In this document: piece by piece, positions 33,138 through 43,555 of the stretch
Layout: each line of letters starts with the position of its first letter
Position numbering within the stretch: position 1 is the stretch's first letter
Origin: an uncultured virus (IMG/VR IMGVR_UViG_3300012274_000057)
Lineage: Duplodnaviria > Heunggongvirae > Uroviricota > Caudoviricetes
Strand: one strand, 5' to 3'
Virus record (IMG/VR): IMGVR_UViG_3300012274_000057
Location: 62,001-126,000 of that record
Length of the DNA stretch: 64,000 nucleotides
Notes under the pieces: generated by a model
Databases searched by the model: none
Told to the model about the DNA's origin: nothing
What the model saw: the letters and a program-made list of their open reading frames with translations, nothing else
Made by a program: the position numbers and the translations under genes

Positions 33138-33206
33138 TTTTTATTTCCTCCCTTAATTAAGTAAAATATTTATTTTTTATTTATTTGTTATAGTAATAAT
33201 AATTTA

Positions 33207-33344
33207 TTACTTTAAGAACGATACTAATTTAACTGGTTTCGGTTTCTTTCCTTTTTGTTCTATTAAATCGTTTATTTCTTTAGGTTTTAATTGTGTTAAA
33301 AACTCTATAAAATTTTGTTTTTTCTTTTCTTTTTCTAAACTCAA
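33207..33344 (-). CDS. 45-aa basic protein (MSLEKEKKKQNFIEFLTQLKPKEINDLIEQKGKKPKPVKLVSFLK), TTG start, not in ORF track
   Basis: Hand translation; AGGAAGGAAGG RBS; own AACA-N6-TA motif at 33366-33377. Confidence 0.65.
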   Translation of the reverse strand: MSLEKEKKKQNFIEFLTQLKPKEINDLIEQKGKKPKPVKLVSFLK

Positions 33345-33419
33345 TTATATTCGCCTTCCTTCCTATACTTATATGTTTAGATGTTGTTAAAAAATAATTT
33401 CTAGAGTAAGCTAAAATGC

Positions 33420-33725
33420 TTACTCTAGATTATCTTCTAATTTAATAGAAAAGTTTCTACTTAAATTTTTAGTATCTTTTATGATTAACATGTTATTAGT
33501 TATGGTGATTATAGCACCGTTTGCTATTTTTGCTACATTCAAATCCTCACCTGGTTTATTATTTTCTATAACAATGGTATTATTTGGATATCTTCTTACT
33601 GCTAAATCATTTGGTTTTCCTATACATCTTCCAGCTACATAAACATTTTTATTACCTGATAAAAACTGTCTTATATATTTTAAAACTGATGTCATATTTG
33701 TTGGATTTGATTGAATATCGATCAT
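33420..33725 (-). CDS. hypothetical protein (101 aa)
   Basis: AAGGGGG RBS, late motif 33751-33762, terminator ~33400-33429. Confidence 0.75.
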   Translation of the reverse strand: MIDIQSNPTNMTSVLKYIRQFLSGNKNVYVAGRCIGKPNDLAVRRYPNNTIVIENNKPGEDLNVAKIANGAIITITNNMLIIKDTKNLSRNFSIKLEDNLE

Positions 33726-33834
33726 TATATTATCCCCCTTATAAGTTATTTACTACTATGTTTATTATAAATTGTTTTAAGATTATTTATACTTGTTTAA
33801 CAATCTATTAATAATATAATAGGAGGTAGTTACT

Positions 33835-36800
33835 ATGATCTTTTTAGATGAATTAAATTATATGATGCTATATAAAAAGAAATTTCATTTACCGATAAAT
33901 GAAAAAGATAAAAGAAAAGGAAGTGCTATATTTCTTTTAACACCAAATTTTGAATCATCAATAAAAATAATAAATAATCCTTTATTAGTAAATAATAGAT
34001 ACTTTGAATCTTACTATATTGAAAAAAGTGTTACTTATTATATAACTAGTGAAGGATATGTAATAGATGTGTCAGATGCATCTTTTAAAAATGTGCTTAA
34101 TGAAAATAGATTAATCACAAATACAGAATTAATATTGTCTGAAGCTTCCGATGAAGTTTTAAATGATCCTAAGAGATACGTTAGATCTCTAAAGCTTAAA
34201 ATGAATAGACCTAAATATAAATTAAATCAATTGTCTGATAAAGAAAGAAACGATGTTGGAATTACTAAGGATAATTCAGGTAGCCCTAATAATGTTTCTG
34301 GTCCTCAAATGCCTAATCCGCAAATACCCCAACTCCCACCTAAACCTGTAATTACTGAAAATGCGGAATATTTTGGTAGTACTTATAAAGATTATATGAT
34401 AGAGCAAGATTTTATAAGATATAAGATAGATGAAGAAGGAAATTCATTAATGACCGTATTTTCTGAAGGGTCTAACGCAGTATTTAATCAAAAATTACAA
34501 AGATTATTATATAAAGAGAGATTAAAAACTAATGCAGATGTAATAGAAATATATAATAGGGTTAGAGATCTGTGTCCGTTTATAACTAAAACGTTTATTG
34601 ATATAAACAAATATAAATCACGTAATGTATTTATAGATCTATCTTATTACAATCAGACTTTCTTTAATAATAATATATATAAGAAGGATTTAGCTGTTAA
34701 TCTATATTTTGAACTTATGGATAGATTCATAAGAGATACTAGAATCAGTGATGATATATATAATAAAAAAACAGTATTTGTACCACTATTAGACTGGATT
34801 AGTGATTCTAAACAATCTTTAGATTTTAATTATTCTATTAACCCATTATCTATTATTTATAGATTACTTAGAAAAAACAGTACTGAACTTAAGAAATGGG
34901 ATGGAATAGATTTCGTATTTTTAACCGACTATGGATATTTTAAGATAGATTTTGGTAAAATAGATAAAAAAGATATGTTTAAAATAACTTTATTAATAGA
35001 AAAAATTCTAAGTAAAGAGCCTATACAAGATTTAGATAATAATAAAGAATCTACTAAATCTATCATAGCAAATATAGTAAGTAAAATAGAGGATGGTCAA
35101 AAAATAAAAGTTGATAATCTTACAGGTAAAAGCGGAGAAATAGATAAAGATGAACTTGTTCATAAGATAGAAAAAGCTGCTGCAGTTTCAACAGATACAG
35201 ATGAAACATTAAATGAGTTAGATAATGATGATTATATGAAACGTATAATCGATACTTTAGCTGCTGAAGAGGAAGGTAATATAAAAATTAATGCAGCAAG
35301 AGCTAGTAGAATGAATGCATTGCAACAAGATTTTCTAGGAAAATCTTTAAAAGGCACTACAGTAAGAGATATGATTGATCCAAAAAATTCAGATAAAGAA
35401 TTACCAGTCACCTCTCTAAAGATTGATACTGTAAATGAAGAATGGAAAGATTTAAAATATGTAAACTTCGAAAAAACCTATAATATAGATGAAGATATTA
35501 TGCTTATATTAAATTCTTTCTCTAAAAAATCAATGCCATTATCAGTTCGTAATATTAAAGTAGAGGATACCTCCACTTCTGAAGATTTGATTGAAACTTA
35601 TATAGTAAATATGGAAGACTCTAATGGACAGAGATTTACTGTTAAATTTGATGTACCTAAATTTAGAGATAATAAATTTATGCTGCTAAGAGGTAATGAT
35701 AAAACAATAAATGGTCAATCTATGTTGTTGCCGATAATTAAAACAGATGAAGATACGGTTCAAATTGTTTCAAACCGTAATAAAATATTTATTAGAAGAT
35801 TTGGAACAACATCTGGTAAATCTTTACCTTCTGTAGATAGAATTATGAAAACATTTAAAAAATATGATGGTAATAAAATAAAAATATCTCTAGGGGATAA
35901 CACAAAAATCTGTTCTAAATATGAACTACCTATAGACTATATAGATCTAGCATCAGTTTATAATAAGATAGAAACTAGTAATACAATATATTACTTTAAT
36001 CAAGATGAAATTAGGGAAAAATATAATAATTATGATAAAACTAAAATACCGATAGGAGTTTTAAAAAATGGAAAACAAGATTTAATATATTTATCAGATT
36101 ATTCAATATCTCCATTTAGCTCTACCTTAGCGACAGATCTACGAGTTTCTGATACTAAATTTGCAGATATATACGATAAAACATCTTTATCAACAAGATA
36201 TACGTATTCTAAGGCAAGTATACTAAATACCCAAATTCCTTTAATAGTAATTATGGGATATAATGAAGGTTTAATAAAAAGTCTAAATAAAGCTAATATT
36301 CATTACACAATACAAGAAAAACGACCATCTATAAATAAAGATGTATCTGATATGATTAAATTTAAAGATGGATATTTATTATATGATTTAGATTACAATT
36401 CAAGTTTATTATTAAATGGACTTAAAGAATGTAATACTGAGGATTACTCCATTTCAGAAATTAATAACAAATCAATGTATTTAGATTTCTTGGATCTATT
36501 TGGAGGAAGAATATTAGCAGATGGTTTGGATAACTTCTGGGATACAATGATAGATCCTATGACAGAAGATGTCTTAAGAAAATATAAACTTCCTACAGAT
36601 TATATAGAAATTTTAGCTTATGCTAATATGCTATTATCAGATAATAAATACTTTAAGCATACTGATTATAGAAGTAAGAGATATCGTTCAAATGAGATAG
36701 TTGCTGGTTACTTATATAAGGCATTAGCGGAGGCTTATGGTGATTATGTAAGAGATGTAAGAAGAGGTAAAAAGGCAACGTTAACAATGAAACAAAGTAA

Positions 36801-38340
36801 AGTAATTGATAATGTTTTATTAGATCCTACATGTTCAGATTTATCTTCATTAAATGCATTAACAGAAGCAGAAGCTATAAATGCTGTATCTACTAAAGGT
36901 TTATCAGGAATGAACTCAGATAGAAGTTATAGTCTAGATAAACGTACGTATGACGAATCTATGATAAACGTATTAGCATTGTCAACAGGATTTGCAGGAA
37001 ATGTTGGTATAACCAGACAGTCTACAATAGATATGAATATTGAAGGTAAAAGAGGATATATTAAAGTAGATCCAGATCCAAATAAATTAAGTGTAACTAA
37101 AACATTTGCAGTTACTGAAGCTTTGACCCCTTATGGAACCACAAGAGATGACCCATTCAGATCTGCTATGACGTTTATACAAACATCTAAACATGGTATG
37201 AGAATACAGGAAGGCACACCATTATTGATAACAAATGGTGCAGATCAAGCTTTACCATATATTGGTTCTAATACTTTCTCATTTAAAGCAAAACAAAATG
37301 GAAAGGTAATAGAAAAAACAGATGATTACGTGATCGTTGAGTATTCCAATGGACAACACGATTTTGTAGATTTAAGAAGTACAATTAAGAAAAACTCTAA
37401 TGGTGGATTCTTTATTACTATTAAACTTGATACGGATTTAAAACTAGGCTCCGTAGTAAAAAAAGATCAAATTTTAGCATATGATAAATTATCTTTTTCT
37501 GATAAAATAGGGGATGGCTCTAATATAGCTTATAATTTAGGATGTCTCACCAAAATAGCTATCCTTAATACTGATGAAGGATTTGAAGATAGTGCTATTA
37601 TATCAGAATATTTATCAAACGCTATGGCTTCGGAAGTCGTAGTAAAGAAAGAAGTTGTATTACCTAAAAATACTAATATATATAACATGGTCAAGAAAGG
37701 ACAACCAATTCAAGAAGGTGATCCTTTACTAATATTCCAAAATGCGTTTGAAGAAGACGATGTAAATACTCTATTAAAGAATTTAGTAGATGATGAGAAG
37801 GAGATATCAGACTTAGGAAGGATACGTTTAAAATCTAAAATTACTGGATTTGTAGAAGATATTAAAGTATATAGAACAGTAGAAAAAGATGAGTTATCAG
37901 ATTCTTTAAGAAAGACAGTAAATGAATTAGAAAAACCTAATAATAATATTAAAAAATCTATGGCTAAGTATTCTGATTTAAATTCTAATGTAATACAATC
38001 TACTGATAAACTAGAAGCTACAGGAAAATTAAAAAATGCTAAAGATGGAGTATTAATAGAATTTTATTTAAAATATTTAGATCAAATGTCTATAGGAGAT
38101 AAATTAATCTATTATTCTGCATTAAAAGGTGTAACTAAAACTATTTTCCCTTTAGATAAAGAGCCACATACTGATTTTAGACCAAAAGAAAAAATACATT
38201 CGTTATTATCAATGGGTTCTGTTTCAGGACGTATGGTGTGTAGTATTAAGCTTAACTTAGGTTTAAATAAAGTATTAGTAGAAATGGATAGAAAAATTAA
38301 AGATAAACTTGGAATTAAATGGACAAATTTAGATGAATAG
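33835..38340 (+). CDS. phage multisubunit RNA polymerase beta-like large subunit (probably virion RNAP), lacking the beta C-terminal part
   Basis: DDPFRSAMTFIQTSKH, GFEDSAIISE, IGDKLIYYSALKGV and MGSVSGRM correspond to RpoB motifs; ORF ends about 35 aa after the last; late motif 33799-33810. Confidence 0.9.
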   Translation: MIFLDELNYMMLYKKKFHLPINEKDKRKGSAIFLLTPNFESSIKIINNPLLVNNRYFESYYIEKSVTYYITSEGYVIDVSDASFKNVLNENRLITNTELILSEASDEVLNDPKRYVRSLKLKMNRPKYKLNQLSDKERNDVGITKDNSGSPNNVSGPQMPNPQIPQLPPKPVITENAEYFGSTYKDYMIEQDFIRYKIDEEGNSLMTVFSEGSNAVFNQKLQRLLYKERLKTNADVIEIYNRVRDLCPFITKTFIDINKYKSRNVFIDLSYYNQTFFNNNIYKKDLAVNLYFELMDRFIRDTRISDDIYNKKTVFVPLLDWISDSKQSLDFNYSINPLSIIYRLLRKNSTELKKWDGIDFVFLTDYGYFKIDFGKIDKKDMFKITLLIEKILSKEPIQDLDNNKESTKSIIANIVSKIEDGQKIKVDNLTGKSGEIDKDELVHKIEKAAAVSTDTDETLNELDNDDYMKRIIDTLAAEEEGNIKINAARASRMNALQQDFLGKSLKGTTVRDMIDPKNSDKELPVTSLKIDTVNEEWKDLKYVNFEKTYNIDEDIMLILNSFSKKSMPLSVRNIKVEDTSTSEDLIETYIVNMEDSNGQRFTVKFDVPKFRDNKFMLLRGNDKTINGQSMLLPIIKTDEDTVQIVSNRNKIFIRRFGTTSGKSLPSVDRIMKTFKKYDGNKIKISLGDNTKICSKYELPIDYIDLASVYNKIETSNTIYYFNQDEIREKYNNYDKTKIPIGVLKNGKQDLIYLSDYSISPFSSTLATDLRVSDTKFADIYDKTSLSTRYTYSKASILNTQIPLIVIMGYNEGLIKSLNKANIHYTIQEKRPSINKDVSDMIKFKDGYLLYDLDYNSSLLLNGLKECNTEDYSISEINNKSMYLDFLDLFGGRILADGLDNFWDTMIDPMTEDVLRKYKLPTDYIEILAYANMLLSDNKYFKHTDYRSKRYRSNEIVAGYLYKALAEAYGDYVRDVRRGKKATLTMKQSKVIDNVLLDPTCSDLSSLNALTEAEAINAVSTKGLSGMNSDRSYSLDKRTYDESMINVLALSTGFAGNVGITRQSTIDMNIEGKRGYIKVDPDPNKLSVTKTFAVTEALTPYGTTRDDPFRSAMTFIQTSKHGMRIQEGTPLLITNGADQALPYIGSNTFSFKAKQNGKVIEKTDDYVIVEYSNGQHDFVDLRSTIKKNSNGGFFITIKLDTDLKLGSVVKKDQILAYDKLSFSDKIGDGSNIAYNLGCLTKIAILNTDEGFEDSAIISEYLSNAMASEVVVKKEVVLPKNTNIYNMVKKGQPIQEGDPLLIFQNAFEEDDVNTLLKNLVDDEKEISDLGRIRLKSKITGFVEDIKVYRTVEKDELSDSLRKTVNELEKPNNNIKKSMAKYSDLNSNVIQSTDKLEATGKLKNAKDGVLIEFYLKYLDQMSIGDKLIYYSALKGVTKTIFPLDKEPHTDFRPKEKIHSLLSMGSVSGRMVCSIKLNLGLNKVLVEMDRKIKDKLGIKWTNLDE

Positions 38341-38342
38341 AC

Positions 38343-38382
38343 AAAAAAAAAATAAAGAAGATGCATTATGCATCTTCTTTTT
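38343..38382. terminator. bidirectional intrinsic terminator
   Basis: aaagaagatgca-tta-tgcatcttcttt with A/T tracts on both sides. Confidence 0.85.
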
Positions 38383-38393
38383 ACTTTAACAAA

Positions 38394-38672
38394 TTATTTT
38401 GCTACTTGATTTAAATCTTCACTATAATAATTATATACTAATTGTAATGTTTTCTTTTCTTTATCTCTAGCAATTTTATCTAATTTAACATTTGCCATAA
38501 CGTTTAATATTATTTCTATTCCAAGTATAGCTAAGAATACTACTATTGTTTTAATAGATATATATTCATGTCTAATAAAGTCTCCGAATGAATCTGCTAA
38601 TACCCAGAATATAAACATAGTTGTTATAGCTATAACTTTCCCTGTTAAATTTCTAAACTTTCTTATTGACAT
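38394..38672 (-). CDS. small membrane protein (two TM helices)
   Basis: Two hydrophobic segments; start moved to ATG 38672 behind GAGG..GGA; early motif 38748-38757. Confidence 0.65.
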   Translation of the reverse strand: MSIRKFRNLTGKVIAITTMFIFWVLADSFGDFIRHEYISIKTIVVFLAILGIEIILNVMANVKLDKIARDKEKKTLQLVYNYYSEDLNQVAK

Positions 38673-38774
38673 ATTAATCCATCCTCTCAAAATAAGTTTT
38701 ATAATTTTATATTAAATAAAGATAACTTATAACTTTATTCTATTAATATAATATATAACTTATTTTATTAACTT

Positions 38775-40082
38775 TTACATATCTTCTTCTATAGTATACT
38801 CTTCTAGTACTTCATCCACAGATTCTTCTTCTGGATTTTGAATATTATAGTATACAGGTTCTAAATAACTGATCATTTCTTTTATAGGCATTTCCGAAAT
38901 GTTTATAAAATCATCCCTCAGTGATAATGCTAATATCCTTACCTCTGCCTGTGCTGCACTATCAGTTCTGAGTTCTAAAAACTTAATGAAACTTTTAAAT
39001 GTAAATGTCATATATAAAGATGTAGTGCTATTATTAGGCAAATATGCTCTTGCATCTTCTTTTAATAATGCCTTATTTTCTGTTAATTGAGGATATATAT
39101 TCATCATAATATCACCCAATTCTTGAAGCGTAAACATTTTGTATGATTTAGCAGAAGTGCCTGGGATATCAAAAGATATTTTATATTTCTTTGTGTTATC
39201 ATATTTCTCAGGTTTAAATTTACCAGGTGAATTAAATTTAAATTCACCTGAAGAATAATCTACATATCTTTGTGATAATTGAGTTATTCCAACCCTGTGT
39301 CTTGTTAATTGTTGAGATATTATTCTAGATACATCTTTTATTAAAATAGTAATTGAACACATGCTAAGAATATCCCTTTTTGTGAATATATCTGGAATTA
39401 CATCTCTTATTTTATATAACGGATCAGCATTCAATATATTATAACTATCTCTTATTAATGGTTCAAATCTTTGGGTTATACCTAATTCTCTCTCCGAAGG
39501 TTCTATAGAAATTTTACTTTGTAATTCCCCTTCATTTAGTATCCAATCATCTGGTTCTGTATCCAATGGAAATTTCCTCTGATCCATTATACCAGCTTCT
39601 ATAAAGTCGATAAAATAACAACTACTTGTACCATATAATAAATTTAATATTTCCCTGGATATTTTATTTTCTGCGTTCTGTATTTCCCTAAAGATATGTT
39701 TGTATGCCCTAATACTCCCTCCTATTAAAAGATATCCTATACCGTCTTTTTCCTTATATTTAGTTTCCAGATATCTGCATACATCTAATACTTCAACTAA
39801 ATCTTCAGACATATCTTTAGAAAATTCCAATAGCATAACAATATTAGAATGTTCTAGAATAGATTCATGTCCTGATTTTAATCTAGTAGCTATATATTTA
39901 GCTTTATTTTCATAAGTGTCTTTATTATCCTTATTATAACATATTTTGCATGCATCATGTACTAAATTTACATGATCATTCATATGTATAATAGCACCTT
40001 TTACTATTCCTGTTAGTTTACTCTCCTCTTTATTTTTATTAAAAATCCTATTAAATATTGCTTTGATATTATTTTTATTCAT
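38775..40082 (-). CDS. thyX: FAD-dependent thymidylate synthase, extended/tandem-domain form
   Basis: GHESILEH, SRIISQQLTRHR..SQRY, EDARAYLPN, FLELRT..AAQAEVR; start moved to ATG 40082 behind GGAGG. Confidence 0.88.
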   Translation of the reverse strand: MNKNNIKAIFNRIFNKNKEESKLTGIVKGAIIHMNDHVNLVHDACKICYNKDNKDTYENKAKYIATRLKSGHESILEHSNIVMLLEFSKDMSEDLVEVLDVCRYLETKYKEKDGIGYLLIGGSIRAYKHIFREIQNAENKISREILNLLYGTSSCYFIDFIEAGIMDQRKFPLDTEPDDWILNEGELQSKISIEPSERELGITQRFEPLIRDSYNILNADPLYKIRDVIPDIFTKRDILSMCSITILIKDVSRIISQQLTRHRVGITQLSQRYVDYSSGEFKFNSPGKFKPEKYDNTKKYKISFDIPGTSAKSYKMFTLQELGDIMMNIYPQLTENKALLKEDARAYLPNNSTTSLYMTFTFKSFIKFLELRTDSAAQAEVRILALSLRDDFINISEMPIKEMISYLEPVYYNIQNPEEESVDEVLEEYTIEEDM

Positions 40083-40132
40083 TATCCTTACCTCCAAATT
40101 ATTTATATTTATTATAAAGTTACATAGACAGT

Positions 40133-40228
40133 AAAAAGGTAGTACAACTATGTGTACTACCTTTTTGGCAACTTGCGATTTAAATTTAATATAAATGTAG
40201 ACGGGGTAATATTATTTATTATATTGTT
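40133..40228 (-). ncRNA. candidate ~85-nt small RNA (late promoter + non-coding body + terminator)
   Basis: AACA-ATATAA-TA at 40228-40217; 14-bp hairpin 40133-40166 with U-tract; no ORF. Confidence 0.4.
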
Positions 40229-40238
40229 ATTTGATTAA

Positions 40239-41048
40239 TTATTTAAATATGTTATTATATTCACATATTGTTAAAATGTCATTAAAAATTTCTTCTTCTG
40301 TTCTAATACTATTATTATCAGTACATTTTACTACTTCATAACCCATAATATCTATTACTGTTTTTGAACTTTCCTCTACTAATTTCATAAAATTATAATT
40401 ATTTTCATGTTCATCTTTCTTACCATTAGTTTTCAATTTTCTTTTTTGCATCAATTCATAAGAGATGTCTATAGGCATATCCATAAATATACATAAATCT
40501 TCTTTTGGAAGGTCTAAGTGGAAATATTCAACCTTACAAATATTTTGAATAAAATCATGTTCATTATACTCCTTCTTGAAGATATTATAATCCATTTTAT
40601 AATATTTATCATACTCTGGTACTTTTTCATAATCTAATTTATAAAGATCAGTCTCTATACCATATAGCATTCGTCTATAATTATAAACATGTTTTGCTAT
40701 TTCTTTAACTTTTGCAGTCTGAAATGTTAAATTTGAACCTATATACCTATCAAATATAATATACCATCCTTTTTCTAATAATTTATTTATTTCTAATTTA
40801 ATTATAGAGTCCATTCTGTCTAAAGAATAGCAGTATGAAGCTTTATATGGATCAATATAAGATGCATTTCCATATGCCCCTGCTAAATACTCTTTTATAA
40901 AAAATGAAGATGGTGAATGATAATTTGGAAATGAAAAATGTAATACTTTATTAGTTATATTACTATTTATATAGTGTTCTAATTTAATTGAATTTGTTTC
41001 TTTGAAGGAATAATCTAATCCCTCGAATACTATTAATTTACCTTTCAT
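40239..41048 (-). CDS. tmk: thymidylate (dNMP) kinase
   Basis: GKLIVFEGLDYSFKETN (variant P-loop), FSFPNY, IIFDRY motifs. Confidence 0.85.
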   Translation of the reverse strand: MKGKLIVFEGLDYSFKETNSIKLEHYINSNITNKVLHFSFPNYHSPSSFFIKEYLAGAYGNASYIDPYKASYCYSLDRMDSIIKLEINKLLEKGWYIIFDRYIGSNLTFQTAKVKEIAKHVYNYRRMLYGIETDLYKLDYEKVPEYDKYYKMDYNIFKKEYNEHDFIQNICKVEYFHLDLPKEDLCIFMDMPIDISYELMQKRKLKTNGKKDEHENNYNFMKLVEESSKTVIDIMGYEVVKCTDNNSIRTEEEIFNDILTICEYNNIFK

Positions 41049-41155
41049 AGTTAAATCCCCCTTTTGGTTTTAAATAATTACTTTATTGTTTTACTATGAA
41101 TAAAAAATAAAAAAAAATAAAGATAGGCTTGGAGCCTATCTTTAATCTTTCTATT

Positions 41156-41803
41156 TTACAGATATAGAAAATTCGATCCTTTATAACTATTTTTATAATA
41201 TAAAGGCATTATTGTAATCCTTCTATCTGATTCTTTATCATTCATTTGTATGATGGTATCTCGTGCTTCACAGATGTCTACATTATTTTTAAAATCTATT
41301 TTAAAAATATCTAGTATATCATTATTCACATATTCTATAGTTAATGCGGATTGGGCTAATTCAATTTTTGTTATTAACCAATCTCTTCCTGTACTTATTC
41401 CACGTGAACGTATATCAACATATACTTTATTATTATCTTTAGGCATTATTACTTTGAGTATATAATAATATGCAAAAGAAGCTTTAATTTCTGCACTTGA
41501 TAATTCTGCTGAAAAATTATCTCTATTTATTTCAAATCTAGATAGTGCATATTTTTTATGAGATAATAATGAGGATAATAACGATAAAAACATATATTTA
41601 TTAGTATCATTAGAATTATCATTTATATCTTGTAACATATGTTCTAATTTGCCTAAAATACTTTTTATCTCTAAATCTGTTATATTATCATGATCTAAAG
41701 TACTAGAGATAGATACATATCCATTTATAAAATCACTTATTTTATCTAAATCATATTCCCTTTCATCATAATGCAATTTGTTGTTATTCATAAATATTGC
41801 CAC
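41156..41803 (-). CDS. hypothetical early protein
   Basis: Early motif 41852-41861; terminator 41118-41143. Confidence 0.7.
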   Translation of the reverse strand: MAIFMNNNKLHYDEREYDLDKISDFINGYVSISSTLDHDNITDLEIKSILGKLEHMLQDINDNSNDTNKYMFLSLLSSLLSHKKYALSRFEINRDNFSAELSSAEIKASFAYYYILKVIMPKDNNKVYVDIRSRGISTGRDWLITKIELAQSALTIEYVNNDILDIFKIDFKNNVDICEARDTIIQMNDKESDRRITIMPLYYKNSYKGSNFLYL

Positions 41804-41893
41804 CCTTCAATAAAAATTATATATTTGAAATAGAATACCCTATCCTAATATATAATATATAATTTAGATATCGTAATTTAGCAATGTATATTT

Positions 41894-42202
41894 TTAATCT
41901 ATTATTATCTTCTTTATATTTAAACTTTTCTTAAGTTGTTCTAATTCATTGTCTGGTATTATAAAATTAGATTCCTCATATTCACCGAATATTATATCTT
42001 TAGGAACATAGAAAAGTTTTACGTGCAATATATTATCTTCTATATGTACTTTCTTAATACTTTTATTTTCTAAAACTGTTATAATTTCAGATACTTGCTC
42101 TCCTAAAACATTTTGATGTTCATTAATTGTCATTATATACCCTGTGCAAAAAGATACTAAAGCACATACGACAATAATAACTATAATTAATTTTTTTTTC
42201 AT
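41894..42202 (-). CDS. hypothetical protein with N-terminal signal/membrane anchor
   Basis: MKKKLIIVIIVVCALVSF; AGGAGG RBS. Confidence 0.75.
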   Translation of the reverse strand: MKKKLIIVIIVVCALVSFCTGYIMTINEHQNVLGEQVSEIITVLENKSIKKVHIEDNILHVKLFYVPKDIIFGEYEESNFIIPDNELEQLKKSLNIKKIIID

Positions 42203-42336
42203 ATTTTTTCCTCCTTTTTTATATTATTATTTTGTTTTATGCCTTTTATTAAATAACCAAATTACCATTATTTTATAAATTTGGTTATTATAAAAAATAA
42301 ACTAGAGGTTAGCCTCTAGTTTAGATTATTTGATAT

Positions 42337-42795
42337 TTATTTTATTTCATATACTATATATTCGTTCTCTTTAATTAAATTTATTTTCTGTTCAATTGCT
42401 AAATTTTCTAAATTATTTAATGTTACACAATTTTTACATTTCATTTTATTATCTTCTTTATCTAATACAAGATATTCTTTATTATCACATTCGCATTGTC
42501 CATTCAACAACATTTTTAATATTCCATCCAAATCATCAAAGTTTTTATTAAATTCTTCTGTTTGCATGTCATAAAATTTATATTTCTTTTCATTTTCTCT
42601 TTGTTTACGACTTCCATAATAATATTCACTATCATGAGCTATAGCATAAGTAGTGCCTTTATTGTCGTAATATAGTTCTATATTTCCTACATCAGCGGAT
42701 GTAGAACCAATGATTTCTAAATCATTTATCAATGTACCTAATTCTTCTACTTCCATCCCGTCTATTTCTCTAAATACACCTATTAATTTTTCCAT
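42337..42795 (-). CDS. hypothetical early protein with Cys cluster (CxC...CxxC)
   Basis: Start moved to ATG 42795 behind GGGAGAGATTAATT; early motif 42830-42839. Confidence 0.75.
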   Translation of the reverse strand: MEKLIGVFREIDGMEVEELGTLINDLEIIGSTSADVGNIELYYDNKGTTYAIAHDSEYYYGSRKQRENEKKYKFYDMQTEEFNKNFDDLDGILKMLLNGQCECDNKEYLVLDKEDNKMKCKNCVTLNNLENLAIEQKINLIKENEYIVYEIK

Positions 42796-42871
42796 AATTA
42801 ATCTCTCCCTTTTATTTTTATTCAATATTATAATATATAATTATAAATATATTTATCCTATTTGCTTATAA

Positions 42872-43531
42872 TTATATATTTCCATTATGATATACATTAG
42901 TACAAGAACAAGATATAATTTTACTATCTTGAGAATATAAAATTATATCTGAAGGATCAGAAATATAAATGCAAATTATTCGATTATCAATCTTTTTGTG
43001 TATAGTTATTTTCTCAGTAATTGATATTATATTGTCTTCTGTTGATATATTAATTGAATAAGGTGTTGTACCTGGTATATTATCATGTATAATAATTACA
43101 ATAGATTTTTTGTCTGGTGATACTACATATTCTATTTTTGGAGCTAATGAAAATGAAAAATAATTATATTTATATAAATCACCTATATTGTGTACTATAG
43201 TTAAAAAATGATCTTTTTTACCATTAATGCGTATAAACTTATCTATTATAGCTATTATATCTTCAGCACGTTTCGATAATATCATTTCTATATTAAATTT
43301 ACTATTCATACTTTGCATAACTAATTCTATATTCATCATCAATCCTTTACATAATTCACTATCATTTTCTAACTCTGAAAAGTTATTTTCATACATACAT
43401 AATTGTTTGTATATATTTTTTATTAGTAAAACGCCAAAGGTTCCTTCCCATTCTATAATACTATCTTTTAGAAAATCCTTTATTGTATTATAATTATATT
43501 CTTTTCCTTGATAGTTTATTACTTTTTCCAT
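42872..43531 (-). CDS. hypothetical early protein
   Basis: AAGGAGAG RBS. Confidence 0.75.
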   Translation of the reverse strand: MEKVINYQGKEYNYNTIKDFLKDSIIEWEGTFGVLLIKNIYKQLCMYENNFSELENDSELCKGLMMNIELVMQSMNSKFNIEMILSKRAEDIIAIIDKFIRINGKKDHFLTIVHNIGDLYKYNYFSFSLAPKIEYVVSPDKKSIVIIIHDNIPGTTPYSINISTEDNIISITEKITIHKKIDNRIICIYISDPSDIILYSQDSKIISCSCTNVYHNGNI

Positions 43532-43555
43532 AATTAAATCTCTCCTTTTTATTTT

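Noticed and set aside
33835..38340. Intron or intein in the RNAP gene
   Set aside because: ORF is continuous, motif spacing looks ordinary, and no intein C...HN or LAGLIDADG signature was noticed
38394..38672. Holin
   Set aside because: Two TM helices fit, but it follows an early-type motif and no endolysin is adjacent
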